From an uncultured Aquimarina sp. (GTDB taxonomy: Bacteria; Bacteroidota; Bacteroidia; Flavobacteriales; Flavobacteriaceae): a DNA stretch of 64,000 nucleotides. A model generated the notes under the pieces. It saw nothing but the letters and a program-made list of their open reading frames with translations. It was not told the origin of the DNA and did no database searches. Positions 43,023 through 53,479 of this stretch are shown one piece after another. A program made the translations under genes and the position numbers. Position 1 is the stretch's first letter. Each line of letters starts with the position of its first letter. The DNA lies in NCBI GenBank assembly GCA_947500505.1, contig CANMSL010000019.1:11244-75243 (forward strand), read 5' to 3'.

Positions 43023-44575
43023 ACCAGAGCATTTATACAAGCTTCAGCGCATTTTTCTCCATCAATAGCGGCAGAGATAATCCCTCCCGCATAACCAGCT
43101 CCCTCTCCACAAGGATACAACCCTTTAATCTGAGTGTGTTGTAATGTAAATCGATCGCGAGGTATTCGTACCGGAGAAGAGGTTCTGGATTCCGGAGCGT
43201 GTACAATAGCTTCATTTGTAAAATAACCCGGCATACTTTTATCGAAAGCTTTAAATCCTTGTTTAAGAGTTTCAAATATAAACCTTGGAAAAACTTCTTG
43301 CATATCTACAGAGGTCAAACCAGGTTTATAAGAAGTCTCCGGTAAATCTGAAGATATAATTCCTTGTGTAAAGTCTACTAATCGTTGTGCAGGAACTCGC
43401 TGCGTTTCTCCGGCTAAATGCCAAGCCTGCTGCTCAATAGCCTTCTGAAAATACATTCCAGCCAGTGGACCATATTTAGAAAATTCTTTGAAATCATCTA
43501 AGCGTAATTCTACTACAATACCACTATTAGATGTGGGTTGATCTCTTTTAGATGGAGACCAACCATTAGTAACCACTTCTCCGGGGCTTGTCGCACAAGG
43601 GGCAATAACACCACCAGGGCACATACAGAAAGAATACATCCCTCTTCCTCCAACTTGCTTAACGATACTATAGGGAGAAGGCGGAAGATAGGGACTCCGA
43701 ACTTCGCATTTATATTGTATTTGATCTATTAATTGTTGAGAATGTTCTACTCTAACACCTAGCGCAAATGGCTTTGCCTCAATCGCAATCTTTCTTTTAT
43801 ATAGCAATTCAAAAATATCTCTTGCAGAATGTCCCGTTGCTAAAATTACTTTATTTGTCTCAATAACATCCGCATTTTGTAAAACAACGGCCTGCATTTC
43901 GGAGTTTTTAATTTTGAAATCTATAACTCTGGTTTCAAAATGAATTTCTCCTCCATGTTGTATTATCTTTTCCCTAATAGAAGCTATGATGTCCGGTAAT
44001 TTATTTGTGCCGATATGTGGGTGTGCTTCCACTAAAATCTGATGCGTAGCACCAAAACCAACTAAAAGTTCGAGTATTCTGCGTACATCTCCTCTTTTTT
44101 TAGATCGTGTATATAATTTTCCATCACTGTAGGTTCCTGCTCCTCCTTCGCCAAAACAATAGTTAGAATCTTCATTAACAATATGATCGCGATTTATTGC
44201 CTTGAGATCTCTTCTTCTGCTGCGTACATCTTTACCTCTTTCTAAAACAATCGGTTTATAACCTAATTCTATACATCGCAAAGCTGCGAATAAACCTGCG
44301 GGGCCAGCCCCGATAATAACTACTTCACTTTTGTTAGATACATCAGGATATTCTGGTAATTTGATAGGTTCTTTAACAAAATCCTCTTGTACGTACACCT
44401 TTAGTTTAAGATTTACCTTAATCGTTTTTTGACGTGCATCAATAGAACGTTTTAGGATCTGGACATGATTAATTCCGTCTAAAGGTAACCTGTTTTTTCT
44501 AGAGATCTGAGTCTTTAATTTATCCGGATCTGCAGCAACTTCCGGGGATACCTGTATGCTAAATTCGTATTGCAA
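43019..44575 (-). CDS. FAD-dependent oxidoreductase (COG2509-type)
   Basis: GAGPAGL, FGEGGAGTYSDGKL, HIGTNKL, FCMCPGG, ESRTSSPVRI, GEGAGYAGGI.SAA.DG; TTG start with TATCTTTG at 44599-44606 (-). Confidence 0.87.
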   Translation of the reverse strand: MQYEFSIQVSPEVAADPDKLKTQISRKNRLPLDGINHVQILKRSIDARQKTIKVNLKLKVYVQEDFVKEPIKLPEYPDVSNKSEVVIIGAGPAGLFAALRCIELGYKPIVLERGKDVRSRRRDLKAINRDHIVNEDSNYCFGEGGAGTYSDGKLYTRSKKRGDVRRILELLVGFGATHQILVEAHPHIGTNKLPDIIASIREKIIQHGGEIHFETRVIDFKIKNSEMQAVVLQNADVIETNKVILATGHSARDIFELLYKRKIAIEAKPFALGVRVEHSQQLIDQIQYKCEVRSPYLPPSPYSIVKQVGGRGMYSFCMCPGGVIAPCATSPGEVVTNGWSPSKRDQPTSNSGIVVELRLDDFKEFSKYGPLAGMYFQKAIEQQAWHLAGETQRVPAQRLVDFTQGIISSDLPETSYKPGLTSVDMQEVFPRFIFETLKQGFKAFDKSMPGYFTNEAIVHAPESRTSSPVRIPRDRFTLQHTQIKGLYPCGEGAGYAGGIISAAIDGEKCAEACINALV

Positions 44576-44627
44576 GAGTTATTATCTTATATTTTTTGCA
44601 AAGATACAATGTAACTTAGTAACAATT

Positions 44628-45356
44628 TTATTTGTTACGAACATAAATTAGTTTAAACTTCCCACTACTGTGATCTCTTTGATCTATTTCAAATTCCTTT
44701 AAAGAATTAAATAAAGGAGTTAGTTTTGCAAACCCAAAATTTCTGGAATCAAAATTAGGTTGTTTTTTAAGGATTAAGGAACCAACATCTCCCAGAAACG
44801 CCCATCCATCTTCATCTGCAGTATCATCAACAGAATTTCTAAGTAATCTGATAATTTTAGGAGTAATCTTATCCAGGTTAGATTTTTCAGACTTTTCTTT
44901 CCCGTCTTTTTTTCCGGTATCTTTTTTCAAAATTTCGAGATATATAAACTTATCGCACGCAACTATAAATGGGTCCGGGGTTTTCTTTTCCCCTATTCCA
45001 TAAACCACTACACCTGCTTCTCTTAACCTCATAGCCAATTTGGTAAAATCACTGTCCGAAGAAACTAAGCAGAATCCATTAACTTTCTCTGAATATAAAA
45101 TGTCCATTGCATCTATTATCATAGCCGAGTCTGTAGCATTTTTACCAGTTGTGTAACTATATTGTTGGATTGGATTTATGGCATTTTCCAGTAATAAATT
45201 CTTCCATTTTGCCAAATAGGGTTTCGTCCAGTCTCCATAAATTCGCTTAACAGTAGGAGTACCATATTTAGTAATCTCTTCCATCATCTCCTTTATATAT
45301 TTTGCAGGGATGTTATCACCATCGATCAGGACAGCTAATTTTGTATCTTTATTCAT
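44628..45356 (-). CDS. NYN (LabA/DUF88) domain plus C-terminal OST-HTH/LOTUS domain
   Basis: LIDGDN, RIYGDW, GKNATD, IDAMD, SSDSDF, G.GE.KT, then GW..LG.VG......PNFDSRNFGF.KL. Confidence 0.9.
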   Translation of the reverse strand: MNKDTKLAVLIDGDNIPAKYIKEMMEEITKYGTPTVKRIYGDWTKPYLAKWKNLLLENAINPIQQYSYTTGKNATDSAMIIDAMDILYSEKVNGFCLVSSDSDFTKLAMRLREAGVVVYGIGEKKTPDPFIVACDKFIYLEILKKDTGKKDGKEKSEKSNLDKITPKIIRLLRNSVDDTADEDGWAFLGDVGSLILKKQPNFDSRNFGFAKLTPLFNSLKEFEIDQRDHSSGKFKLIYVRNK

Positions 45357-45361
45357 ATCGT

Positions 45362-45369
45362 CAAAGGTA
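45362..45369 (-). promoter_or_regulatory. Bacteroidetes -7 element immediately upstream of NYN gene (near-leaderless)
   Basis: TACCTTTG 5 nt before ATG. Confidence 0.5.
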
Positions 45370-45587
45370 CATAAATACGATATCTAATAAAAGATAATCC
45401 AATTCAAGCTACCGATTCAAAGGGAATACTGATGATCGTATAAGAAATGCTACAAAAGATTTAAATAGCTTACCGTTAGACCATAACAACCAATATTGTT
45501 TAAGATTTTAGATGTTAAAAATTATGTGTTTATAACCTTTATCGTACCAATTAACGTTTAATTTATATTTAAGTTTTTATATTTGAT

Positions 45588-46121
45588 TTGAACAAACAAT
45601 CAATAATACTCATGAAAAAACTATTTTTTTTAGCCATTGCGCTTATCGGTTTTACCACAATTTCTAATGCTCAAAGTCTAGATTTTGGTTTTAAAGGAGG
45701 AGTTAATTTTGCCAATGTAGATTCAAGGTTTGATACTGATGCCAGAACAGGTTTTCATTTAGGAGCTGTAGCTACAGTAGGTTTGGGAAATAAATTCGCT
45801 ATCCAACCTGAAGTATTGTACTCTGCACAGGGTAGCGATTCTCTGAAAGTAGATTATATAAATGTCCCTGTTTTAGTAAAGTACAAGTTTCTTAAATTTC
45901 TTAGTTTCGAAGCAGGTCCTCAGTTTGGTATTGTTGTAAACGATGATTATGAAGTTGGAGAACCAGAAAGCTTTGATGTAGGTATTGCTGCCGGAGCTGG
46001 CGTAAGGTTCGGAAAATTCTTTAGCCAATTAAGGTATAATTACGGATTTACAGATGTGGATGATGTTAACAAGAGTCAAAATAGAACCTTTCAAATTTCC
46101 GTAGGGTATTATATTTTTTAG
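45588..46121 (+). CDS. Porin family/outer-membrane beta-barrel protein (start probably ATG 45612)
   Basis: FGFKGG.NF, QPEVLYSAQG, YI.VP.L.KY, RYNYG, terminal GYYIF. Confidence 0.82.
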   Translation: MNKQSIILMKKLFFLAIALIGFTTISNAQSLDFGFKGGVNFANVDSRFDTDARTGFHLGAVATVGLGNKFAIQPEVLYSAQGSDSLKVDYINVPVLVKYKFLKFLSFEAGPQFGIVVNDDYEVGEPESFDVGIAAGAGVRFGKFFSQLRYNYGFTDVDDVNKSQNRTFQISVGYYIF

Positions 46122-46141
46122 AAGATACTTTTCACAATTTT

Positions 46142-46174
46142 AAAAAAAGCGGATGTTAAACATCTGCTTTTTTT
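46142..46174. terminator. Bidirectional intrinsic terminator
   Basis: aaaaaaagcggatg-ttaaa-catctgcttttttt. Confidence 0.8.
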
Positions 46175-47405
46175 ATGACCTTTTCCTTCTTCGGCTATAG
46201 GTTTGGTTATTGCGTTTTGATTTTGGTTTTCCTTGCTGATTCTTCTTTGGTACTGAATTATAATCAAAAGTAAAACTCGGTTCGAATCCTTCTATAGTTT
46301 CTTTTGGCAGGGTAAACCCTAATAATTTTTCTATTCCTTTTACATAACTCGCTTCTTCCTGAGAAACCAAAGAGATTGCCTCTCCACTAGCTCCCGCTCT
46401 ACCGGTTCTTCCTATTCTATGTACATAATCTTCAGAAATATTAGGCAGTTCATAATTAATTACATGTGGTAACAAAGGAATATCCAGTCCTCGGGCTGCT
46501 ATGTCGGTAGCTACCAGTACCCGTATTTTATTTTGTTTAAAACCACTTAATGCTTTGGTTCTTGCACCTTGACTTTTATTTCCATGAATAGCGGCAGATG
46601 TGATTCCATTTTTCTTTAGTTTTTCACTTAATCGATTTGCTCCATGTTTTGTTCTCGTGAAAATAAGAACTTGTTTCCAGTTACCTTCAGAGATCAATTT
46701 TATAACTACAGTTGGTTTCTTAACCTTATCAATAGTATACATCTTTTGATCTACTTTTTCTGCGGTTGTATTTTCTGGAGTAGCCTCTACCGAGACAGGA
46801 TGATGTAAAATTCCGTTAGCTAATTTCTTAATCTCTTTAGAAAATGTGGCAGAAAACAATAGGTTTTGTCTTTTCTTTGGTAATAAAGCCAATATCTTAT
46901 TGATATCCCTCTGAAATCCCATATCCAACATTCTATCCGCTTCATCAAGCACCAAAATCTCTACTTTGGAAAGAGATAAAGCTCTTTGATTATGTAAATC
47001 CAATAAACGGCCTGGAGTAGCAACCAAAATATCAACTCCATTTCTCAGTGCTCTGATCTGGGGGTTTGCATTTACACCACCAAAAACGACCATAGATCTT
47101 ATATCGACAAATTCGCTATAAGCCTTTACATTATCTAATATCTGGGCTGCCAACTCTCTGGTAGGTGTCAATATCAATGTTCGAATTGGTCTTTTTCTTA
47201 AAGGTTGTTCTTGAGATAAAAGTTGGAGGATCGGAAGTGTAAAACCAGCGGTCTTACCCGTACCCGTCTGGGCAGAGGCTAACACGTCTTTTCTTTCTAA
47301 AATGGGAGGTATTGCTTTTTCCTGAATTGGGGAAGGAACCGTATACCCCTTTTTATCGATAGCTTTTAATAAAGCATCCGACAATCCTAATGAATTAAAT
47401 GACAT
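46173..47405 (-). CDS. rhlE: DEAD-box RNA helicase, RhlE-like
   Basis: Q motif, [34 protein letters not shown], basic tail. Confidence 0.85.
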   Translation of the reverse strand: MSFNSLGLSDALLKAIDKKGYTVPSPIQEKAIPPILERKDVLASAQTGTGKTAGFTLPILQLLSQEQPLRKRPIRTLILTPTRELAAQILDNVKAYSEFVDIRSMVVFGGVNANPQIRALRNGVDILVATPGRLLDLHNQRALSLSKVEILVLDEADRMLDMGFQRDINKILALLPKKRQNLLFSATFSKEIKKLANGILHHPVSVEATPENTTAEKVDQKMYTIDKVKKPTVVIKLISEGNWKQVLIFTRTKHGANRLSEKLKKNGITSAAIHGNKSQGARTKALSGFKQNKIRVLVATDIAARGLDIPLLPHVINYELPNISEDYVHRIGRTGRAGASGEAISLVSQEEASYVKGIEKLLGFTLPKETIEGFEPSFTFDYNSVPKKNQQGKPKSKRNNQTYSRRRKRS

Positions 47406-47718
47406 ATAAATTATTTAAGAAACAACAATTTACTTTTATGCCATTTCTGAATGTAGGCGTAAAGGTACGTTTAATTATTTGTAGCTGCTACTTTCGTCTT
47501 ATGAATGGTACCATTTTAATTGTTTACCGAATTCGTAAATTTACTAAACTACCTCTTTAGCATTTTTTATTAATCATTAAATCACCCTAGTTAGGTATAC
47601 AAATCGAAAATTAACTGAAAACAGTGTAAATTTTAATATTTCTAACTGTTACTTTTAGCTTAGCTTTTTAAACCGTCATAAATTTGATAAACTTATTTTA
47701 CTCAAGCATTTCCAACAA

Positions 47719-48531
47719 ATGAAATTATACATAAAACCTGAATATTTAATAAATCCATTGTTCATTGTTTCCTTAGGGATTCTTTTGCTTAACGATTTCT
47801 ATTTAAAGAATGAATATCATAATTGGATGACAGGCAAATTATCAGATGTATTCGGGATCATAACTTTTGCACTGTTTTGTATATCCTTTATTAATGTTCA
47901 CAAAAAAAAGATTTTTATTGCTACAGCCATTCTCTTTGGTTTATGGAAAACAACTTATAGTCAGCTATTTATAGATTTCTGGAACACTCTCCATCTTTTT
48001 CAAATAGAAAGAACGGTAGATTATACGGATATTTTTTGTGTTTTAATATTAGTGCCTGTTTATATGTATTATCCTTTGCGATACCGCATAGAGTATAAAA
48101 CAAGATCGTCTAAAACTCTAACTTATTTTATTTTTAGTATTACGATATTCGCATTGATGAGTACTTCTCAAATGCGCTATTCAATACCAAACTCTACAAA
48201 AATCGATAAATATCTTACTGTTAAGATGCCGAGTGATTCTTTCTTTTCTAAGCTTAAAGCAGATAATATTTATTTTGAAAGAAATGGAAGTTTAATTCTT
48301 AAAAAAGATACTCTGGATAAATATTTTCTTAAAAATGTTATTCTAAATTACGACACAATTCAACGAATAACGATTGGTTTAAAGAGTAAAAGAAAAAAGA
48401 CTATTATCTATATTGATAGTGTTATTATCAAAACAAATGATCCAACCTATCAACACATAACACTTGATAAAAAATGGTTCAAAAATTATAAAGTAGATCT
48501 TATCGAATTGCTTAAACAACGAGATAATTAG
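47719..48531 (+). CDS. Hypothetical membrane protein
   Basis: N-terminal LLLND..LK...NW.TGKLSD..G TM region; soluble basic C-terminal region. Confidence 0.7.
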   Translation: MKLYIKPEYLINPLFIVSLGILLLNDFYLKNEYHNWMTGKLSDVFGIITFALFCISFINVHKKKIFIATAILFGLWKTTYSQLFIDFWNTLHLFQIERTVDYTDIFCVLILVPVYMYYPLRYRIEYKTRSSKTLTYFIFSITIFALMSTSQMRYSIPNSTKIDKYLTVKMPSDSFFSKLKADNIYFERNGSLILKKDTLDKYFLKNVILNYDTIQRITIGLKSKRKKTIIYIDSVIIKTNDPTYQHITLDKKWFKNYKVDLIELLKQRDN

Positions 48532-48601
48532 AACTTTAATTTTTTGAAGATTTAGATATAAAAATTCGTTAAGTCTAAACCTTCAATATCAAATCTTGTA
48601 G

Positions 48602-48609
48602 TATATTTG
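48602..48609 (+). promoter_or_regulatory. Bacteroidetes -7 promoter element
   Basis: TATATTTG 17 nt before BatA-domain ATG. Confidence 0.55.
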
Positions 48610-48626
48610 ACAAACGTTAATCAGGA

Positions 48627-50552
48627 ATGCAATTTAAAAACCCCGAATTTCTTTATGCACTTTTTGCACTCCTTATACCTGTTATTGTTCATTTATTTCA
48701 GTTAAGACGTTTTCAGAAAGTACCTTTTACTAATGTGCAATTTCTGAAAGCAGTTACCGTACAAACACGTAAGAGCTCACGGATTAAAAAATGGTTAACG
48801 CTTCTTGCTCGTTTATGCGCTTTGGCAGCACTTATCATTGCATTTGCTCAACCATTTTTAGCTTCAGAAGAAACTGTAGGCAAAAAAAGTGAAACCGCTA
48901 TTTATCTCGATAATTCCTTTAGCATGCAGGCCAAAGGTTCCAAAGGTCCTCTATTACAAAGAGCTATACAGGAATTACTGAGCGTTTTACCGGAAGAAGA
49001 AACTGTTTCTATTTTTACTAATACACAAACTTTTAAAGAGGTTAATAAAAAAGACATTAGAAATGATTTACTTCAGTTAGAATACACATCTAATCAGATT
49101 CCTTATAATGCTGCATATCTAAAAGGTAAACAGCTTGTTGGTAATGCACCTGAAACCATAAAACGTGTTATCATGGTTTCTGATTTTCAGCAAAAAGACA
49201 AATCCTTCGATATAACTTTTGATTCGGAAACCAAAACGCATCTTGTTCAGTTAGAACCAGTCACTCGTCAAAATATTGCTATTGATAGTCTTTTTTTAGA
49301 ACGTAATGCGGACAATTTTCTAATGTTAAACGTTTTACTTAGTAATACGGATACAAGGTCAGATAATGTTCCCATTTCATTTTATAATGATGAGAAACTA
49401 ATTGCCAAAACCTCTGTTTCGCTTCCTAATAACGGAACAACAAGAACAGCATTCAGAATTGATGAAAACACTAAAATTAATGGTCGTATAACACTGGAGG
49501 ATCCTACATTAACATTTGATAACTCCAGATACTTTACCATTAACACTCCTGAAAAAATAAAAGTAGTAGCTATCAATGAAGCAAGTGATCGTTTTATAAA
49601 AAACATTTATACAGCGGATGAATTCTCTTTAATTAGCACACCATTAGAAACATTGAATTATAATGATATAAGTAATGCTAATCTAGTAGTAGTGAACGAG
49701 ATAAGGCAAATTCCTGTTTCCCTAATTAATGTGTTGAAGTCATTTGAAGATCAGGGAGGAACTATATGTTTCATTCCAGCAATTGATGGTAACCTTACGT
49801 CCTACCAACAAATGATCAGTAGTTTCTCGTCAGAAAGTCTGTTATCAAACCGTACTCAGGACAAAAAGATCACCAGTATCAATTTTTCTCATCCGTTATA
49901 TCGTGGTGTATTTGATAAAAGAATTACCAATTTTCAATATCCAAAAGTAAATTCATTCTACCAAAGTAATGCCAGTAATGTCATTCTTTCTTTTGAAGAT
50001 AATGACCCTTTTTTGTATAAAACGAAGTCATTGTATGTGTTTACGGCTGCAATAAATAGTGATAATTCTAATTTTAAGAATTCTCCACTGATTGTTCCTA
50101 CGCTATACAATATCGGAAAACAAAGTCTGAAACTTTCTGATATATCCTATACCATTGGTCAAACGAATATCTATGATGTTCCTATTTCTTTGGGGCAAGA
50201 CGGAATTCTGTCATTAGAATCAAACACAGAACGCATTATACCATTACAACAAAGTTTTGCTAGTAAAGTAAGAATTACAACAGATGATTTCCCTTCTAAA
50301 GCCGGAATATATGATTTAAAGGATGAAAGAAAAACTATTCAAAATATAAGTTATAATTATAATACACGAGAAAGTGATTTACAATACTTCAATCTTTCTA
50401 ACACTAAAGAATACGAAGTGAGCGATTCGGTCACCACTTTATTTGAAAAAATAAAAGAAGATACCAGTATTCATGAACTTTGGAAATGGTTTATTATTTT
50501 TGCTTTGATTTTTTTATTAATTGAAATCCTATTTTTAAAATATCTCAAATGA
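48627..50552 (+). CDS. BatA-domain/vWA-like membrane protein
   Basis: MQF.NP..L..L..L.IP..VHL, LIIAFAQP, YLDNSFSM, C-terminal LWKWF..FAL.FL..E. Confidence 0.85.
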   Translation: MQFKNPEFLYALFALLIPVIVHLFQLRRFQKVPFTNVQFLKAVTVQTRKSSRIKKWLTLLARLCALAALIIAFAQPFLASEETVGKKSETAIYLDNSFSMQAKGSKGPLLQRAIQELLSVLPEEETVSIFTNTQTFKEVNKKDIRNDLLQLEYTSNQIPYNAAYLKGKQLVGNAPETIKRVIMVSDFQQKDKSFDITFDSETKTHLVQLEPVTRQNIAIDSLFLERNADNFLMLNVLLSNTDTRSDNVPISFYNDEKLIAKTSVSLPNNGTTRTAFRIDENTKINGRITLEDPTLTFDNSRYFTINTPEKIKVVAINEASDRFIKNIYTADEFSLISTPLETLNYNDISNANLVVVNEIRQIPVSLINVLKSFEDQGGTICFIPAIDGNLTSYQQMISSFSSESLLSNRTQDKKITSINFSHPLYRGVFDKRITNFQYPKVNSFYQSNASNVILSFEDNDPFLYKTKSLYVFTAAINSDNSNFKNSPLIVPTLYNIGKQSLKLSDISYTIGQTNIYDVPISLGQDGILSLESNTERIIPLQQSFASKVRITTDDFPSKAGIYDLKDERKTIQNISYNYNTRESDLQYFNLSNTKEYEVSDSVTTLFEKIKEDTSIHELWKWFIIFALIFLLIEILFLKYLK

Positions 50553-51802
50553 ATTTCTTATTAAAGGCTGCAACCGTAATCGATCCATCTTCCTCATTTC
50601 ATAATCAAACGGTAGATATCCTAATCGAAAACGGAGTCATTAAAGAAATTGATGCTTTGATTGAGGCCAAAGAAGATATTGAAGAAATTAAATTAGATAC
50701 ACTACACGTATCTCAAGGATGGTTTGATAGTAGTGTATGTTTTGGAGAACCAGGATATGAAGAACGAGAGACCATTGATAATGGTTTAGCGGTAGCGGCC
50801 AAAAGTGGCTTTACCGGTATAGCACTTAATCCAAACACTTTACCTATTACAGATACTGGTGCATCTGTTGGTTTCTTAATAGGTAAAGCATTAAAAAACC
50901 CAGTTAACCTTTATCCCATTGGAGCTTTAACAACAAAATCCGAAGGGGTAGAAATGGCAGAGCTATATGATATGTATCAAGCCGGAGCAGTTGCTTTTGG
51001 AGATTATAAAAAATCCATTCAGAATCCCAATTTGCTTAAAATTGCCTTACTGTATGCTCAGAATTTTAACGGACTTGTACTGTCCTATCCTCAGGATCCT
51101 GATATTGCCGGAAAAGGGATGGTTAATGAAGAAGAACAAAGTACCTTATTAGGTCTTAAAGGAATTCCTGCACTTGCAGAAGAATTACATATCTCCAGAG
51201 ATTTATATCTACTAGAATATACAGGTGGGAAATTACATATTCCTACCATATCAACAGCAAAGTCAGTTCGATTAGTAAGAGAAGCCAAAGCCAATGGTTT
51301 ACAAGTTAGTTGTAGTGTGTGTGTACATCATTTATTATTAACAGACGATGAATTAACAACTTTTGACACCAATTACAAGGTACTGCCCCCGCTAAGAACT
51401 CAAAAGGATGTAAACGCCTTACTCGATGGTATTGCAGACGGAACTATAGATATGATCACCAGCGATCATCAACCGATGGATATTGAACATAAAAAAGTAG
51501 AGTTTGATAATGCCAAATACGGAACTATAGGTTTGGAAAGTATTTTTGGAATCCTAAATAACATCTTAGATACCGAGAAAGTAGTTAGAATGCTTACTCA
51601 GGGTAAATCTATATTTGGGATTGAAAATATACCTGTTGCAGTAGGAAATGAGGCAAATCTTTCGCTTTTCACTCCAAAAGAAAACGTCGTGTTTAGCGAA
51701 AATCATATCTTATCTACTTCAAAAAACAGTGCTTTTTTAGGTAAAACTATGAAAGGAAATGTTTACGGAATAATCTCTAACGATCAAATAGTATTAAAAT
51801 AA
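50549..51802 (+). CDS. pyrC: Dihydroorotase family protein
   Basis: PG.E.RET...G...AAKSGFT, GG.LHI..IST, VLPPLR, ITSDHQP; 4-nt overlap with upstream gene. Confidence 0.75.
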   Translation: MNFLLKAATVIDPSSSFHNQTVDILIENGVIKEIDALIEAKEDIEEIKLDTLHVSQGWFDSSVCFGEPGYEERETIDNGLAVAAKSGFTGIALNPNTLPITDTGASVGFLIGKALKNPVNLYPIGALTTKSEGVEMAELYDMYQAGAVAFGDYKKSIQNPNLLKIALLYAQNFNGLVLSYPQDPDIAGKGMVNEEEQSTLLGLKGIPALAEELHISRDLYLLEYTGGKLHIPTISTAKSVRLVREAKANGLQVSCSVCVHHLLLTDDELTTFDTNYKVLPPLRTQKDVNALLDGIADGTIDMITSDHQPMDIEHKKVEFDNAKYGTIGLESIFGILNNILDTEKVVRMLTQGKSIFGIENIPVAVGNEANLSLFTPKENVVFSENHILSTSKNSAFLGKTMKGNVYGIISNDQIVLK

Positions 51803-51900
51803 GAAAATTCTAAGTTCGCTTATAATTTGACAAAATACATTTATCTCTATAGGTATACTTTTAGTAGAGAACTGAATTACAATAACAAATAACATGAATC

Positions 51901-52230
51901 ATGCAATCAAATTATGAAAAACAAGGAAAAACAGAAGCTATAGTAGCCTATATCACTATTATAGGAACTATTATCGCTTTTTTTATGAATCAAGATACTA
52001 AAAATAAGTTTACCAGTTTTCACATTCGCCAGGCGTTGGGACTTTGGATTATGTTTTATCTATTGACCGCTTTTGCGGAAATTTTCGGCTTCTTTTTTAT
52101 ACACATTGGTTTTTGGATTTTTTCAATTATTCTTATCATCTATGGATTGATTTTGGCATCTAGAGAAGAAGAGAAAACTGTACCTATAGTCGGATCTTAT
52201 TTTCAGGAATGGTTTACGTTCGTTAAATAA
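51901..52230 (+). CDS. DUF4870-like small membrane protein
   Basis: GKT.AI.AY.T.IG.IIA..MN....N.F.SFHIRQALG. Confidence 0.75.
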   Translation: MQSNYEKQGKTEAIVAYITIIGTIIAFFMNQDTKNKFTSFHIRQALGLWIMFYLLTAFAEIFGFFFIHIGFWIFSIILIIYGLILASREEEKTVPIVGSYFQEWFTFVK

Positions 52231-52313
52231 TTCCCGAACTTTAATACAAATTGTAACAATATTTATTCAGAATCTACTAATCTAGGTAAAGAATTAAATT
52301 TTAAAACGTATTA

Positions 52314-52649
52314 ATGCAATTAGAATCAGGGGATATCAAACAAGGAAAAACAATAGCAATTATTGCATACCTAACTTTTATCGGTACCATTATCGCCTAT
52401 TTTATGAATAGTGAAAATCGAAATCAATTTGCCAGTTTTCATATTTGACAGGCAACAGGTGTATGGATACTGATTTTCTTAGTCGCATTAATAATCAATA
52501 CTCTCGGGTTTTTCTCAATGAATGGCTTTTTATCTGTTTTTAAAATCTTTCTGGTGCTGTTCGGTATATACAGTGCAATAAACGAAAAACAAGAAATATT
52601 ACCTGTTTTTGGTTCTTTATTTCAAAAATAGTTTAGTTAAATTAAATAA
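52314..52649 (+). pseudogene. Tandem DUF4870-like paralog with three in-frame stops (not in ORF track)
   Basis: MQLESGDIKQGKTIAIIAYLTFIGTIIAYFMNSENRNQFASFHI*QATG...LFQK*FS*IK*; premature stops at 52446, 52629, 52638, no frameshift. Confidence 0.85.
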
Positions 52650-52651
52650 CC

Positions 52652-53476
52652 TTGGTCAATTATTTGGTATTTTTGAAACGCTATTTAAAATTATTTTTAA
52701 AATTAATAATCTTCTTTTTACTAAGTATCCTTACTCAGATTGGTGGGGTTATATATGTCGTTAGTGAAATCTTAGTTTCTTCGAGAGTTGCGTTTTATAG
52801 AATAAAAAAGTTTGTCTTGTTTATTGTCTTATATGTTCTTAGTACATTTTTAGTTGTGCCAAACCTTGCCCCTATTTTTGGAAGAGAAAAAATTAAAAAC
52901 AATGATCTTGTAAAGGCTTGCTCTTTTTTCACCATCATTTGTAATAGAAATTATGTAACTCCAGAATTACATTCCACTATACAAGACATAGCAAAAGTTA
53001 GTAATTCAACATATCATAATATAGAACTAGTGTATCTGGACGCCAATTTCCCTTTTTACGATGGATTTCCGTTAGTTCCGCATTTGAGCCACAATGATGG
53101 AAAGAAAATTGATATTTCTTTTATTTACCAGAACGAAAAAGGTCTTATTACCGATAAAAAACCGGCAATCTTTGGATATGGAATATATGAAGCTCCAAAA
53201 TTAGGAGAATACGATCAAACCAAAGCCTGCAAGAAAAAAGGATACTGGCAATATGATTTTGCCAAATACTTAACTTTTGGTATAGCAAATAATGAACTCA
53301 AACTTTCGGAAAAAGCTACAAAAGATTTACTTTTGGCAATTGTAAATCAGCAAAAGGTTAGAAAAGTATTTATCGAACCTCATCTTAAAAATCGTTTGGG
53401 TTTACAAAGTTCTAAAATTCGATTTCATGGATGTCAAGCCGTAAGGCACGATGATCATATACATTTACAACTATAA
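52652..53476 (+). CDS. Membrane-anchored LAS/MepA-like murein endopeptidase (putative)
   Basis: HLSHNDGKKID (H-x6-D) and RHDDHIH (HxH); two N-terminal TM segments. Confidence 0.6.
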   Translation: MVNYLVFLKRYLKLFLKLIIFFLLSILTQIGGVIYVVSEILVSSRVAFYRIKKFVLFIVLYVLSTFLVVPNLAPIFGREKIKNNDLVKACSFFTIICNRNYVTPELHSTIQDIAKVSNSTYHNIELVYLDANFPFYDGFPLVPHLSHNDGKKIDISFIYQNEKGLITDKKPAIFGYGIYEAPKLGEYDQTKACKKKGYWQYDFAKYLTFGIANNELKLSEKATKDLLLAIVNQQKVRKVFIEPHLKNRLGLQSSKIRFHGCQAVRHDDHIHLQL

Positions 53477-53479
53477 CAA

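Noticed and set aside
43019-45356. Defence island around the NYN gene
   Set aside because: Neighbours are housekeeping-type genes; no other defence or mobility genes nearby
46279-46289. tRNA T-loop-like GGTTCGAATCC
   Set aside because: Inside the helicase CDS; no cloverleaf around it
52446-52448. Selenocysteine or recoded TGA in the DUF4870 copy
   Set aside because: Aligned residue is Arg, and further TAG and TAA stops follow; other genes use the standard code
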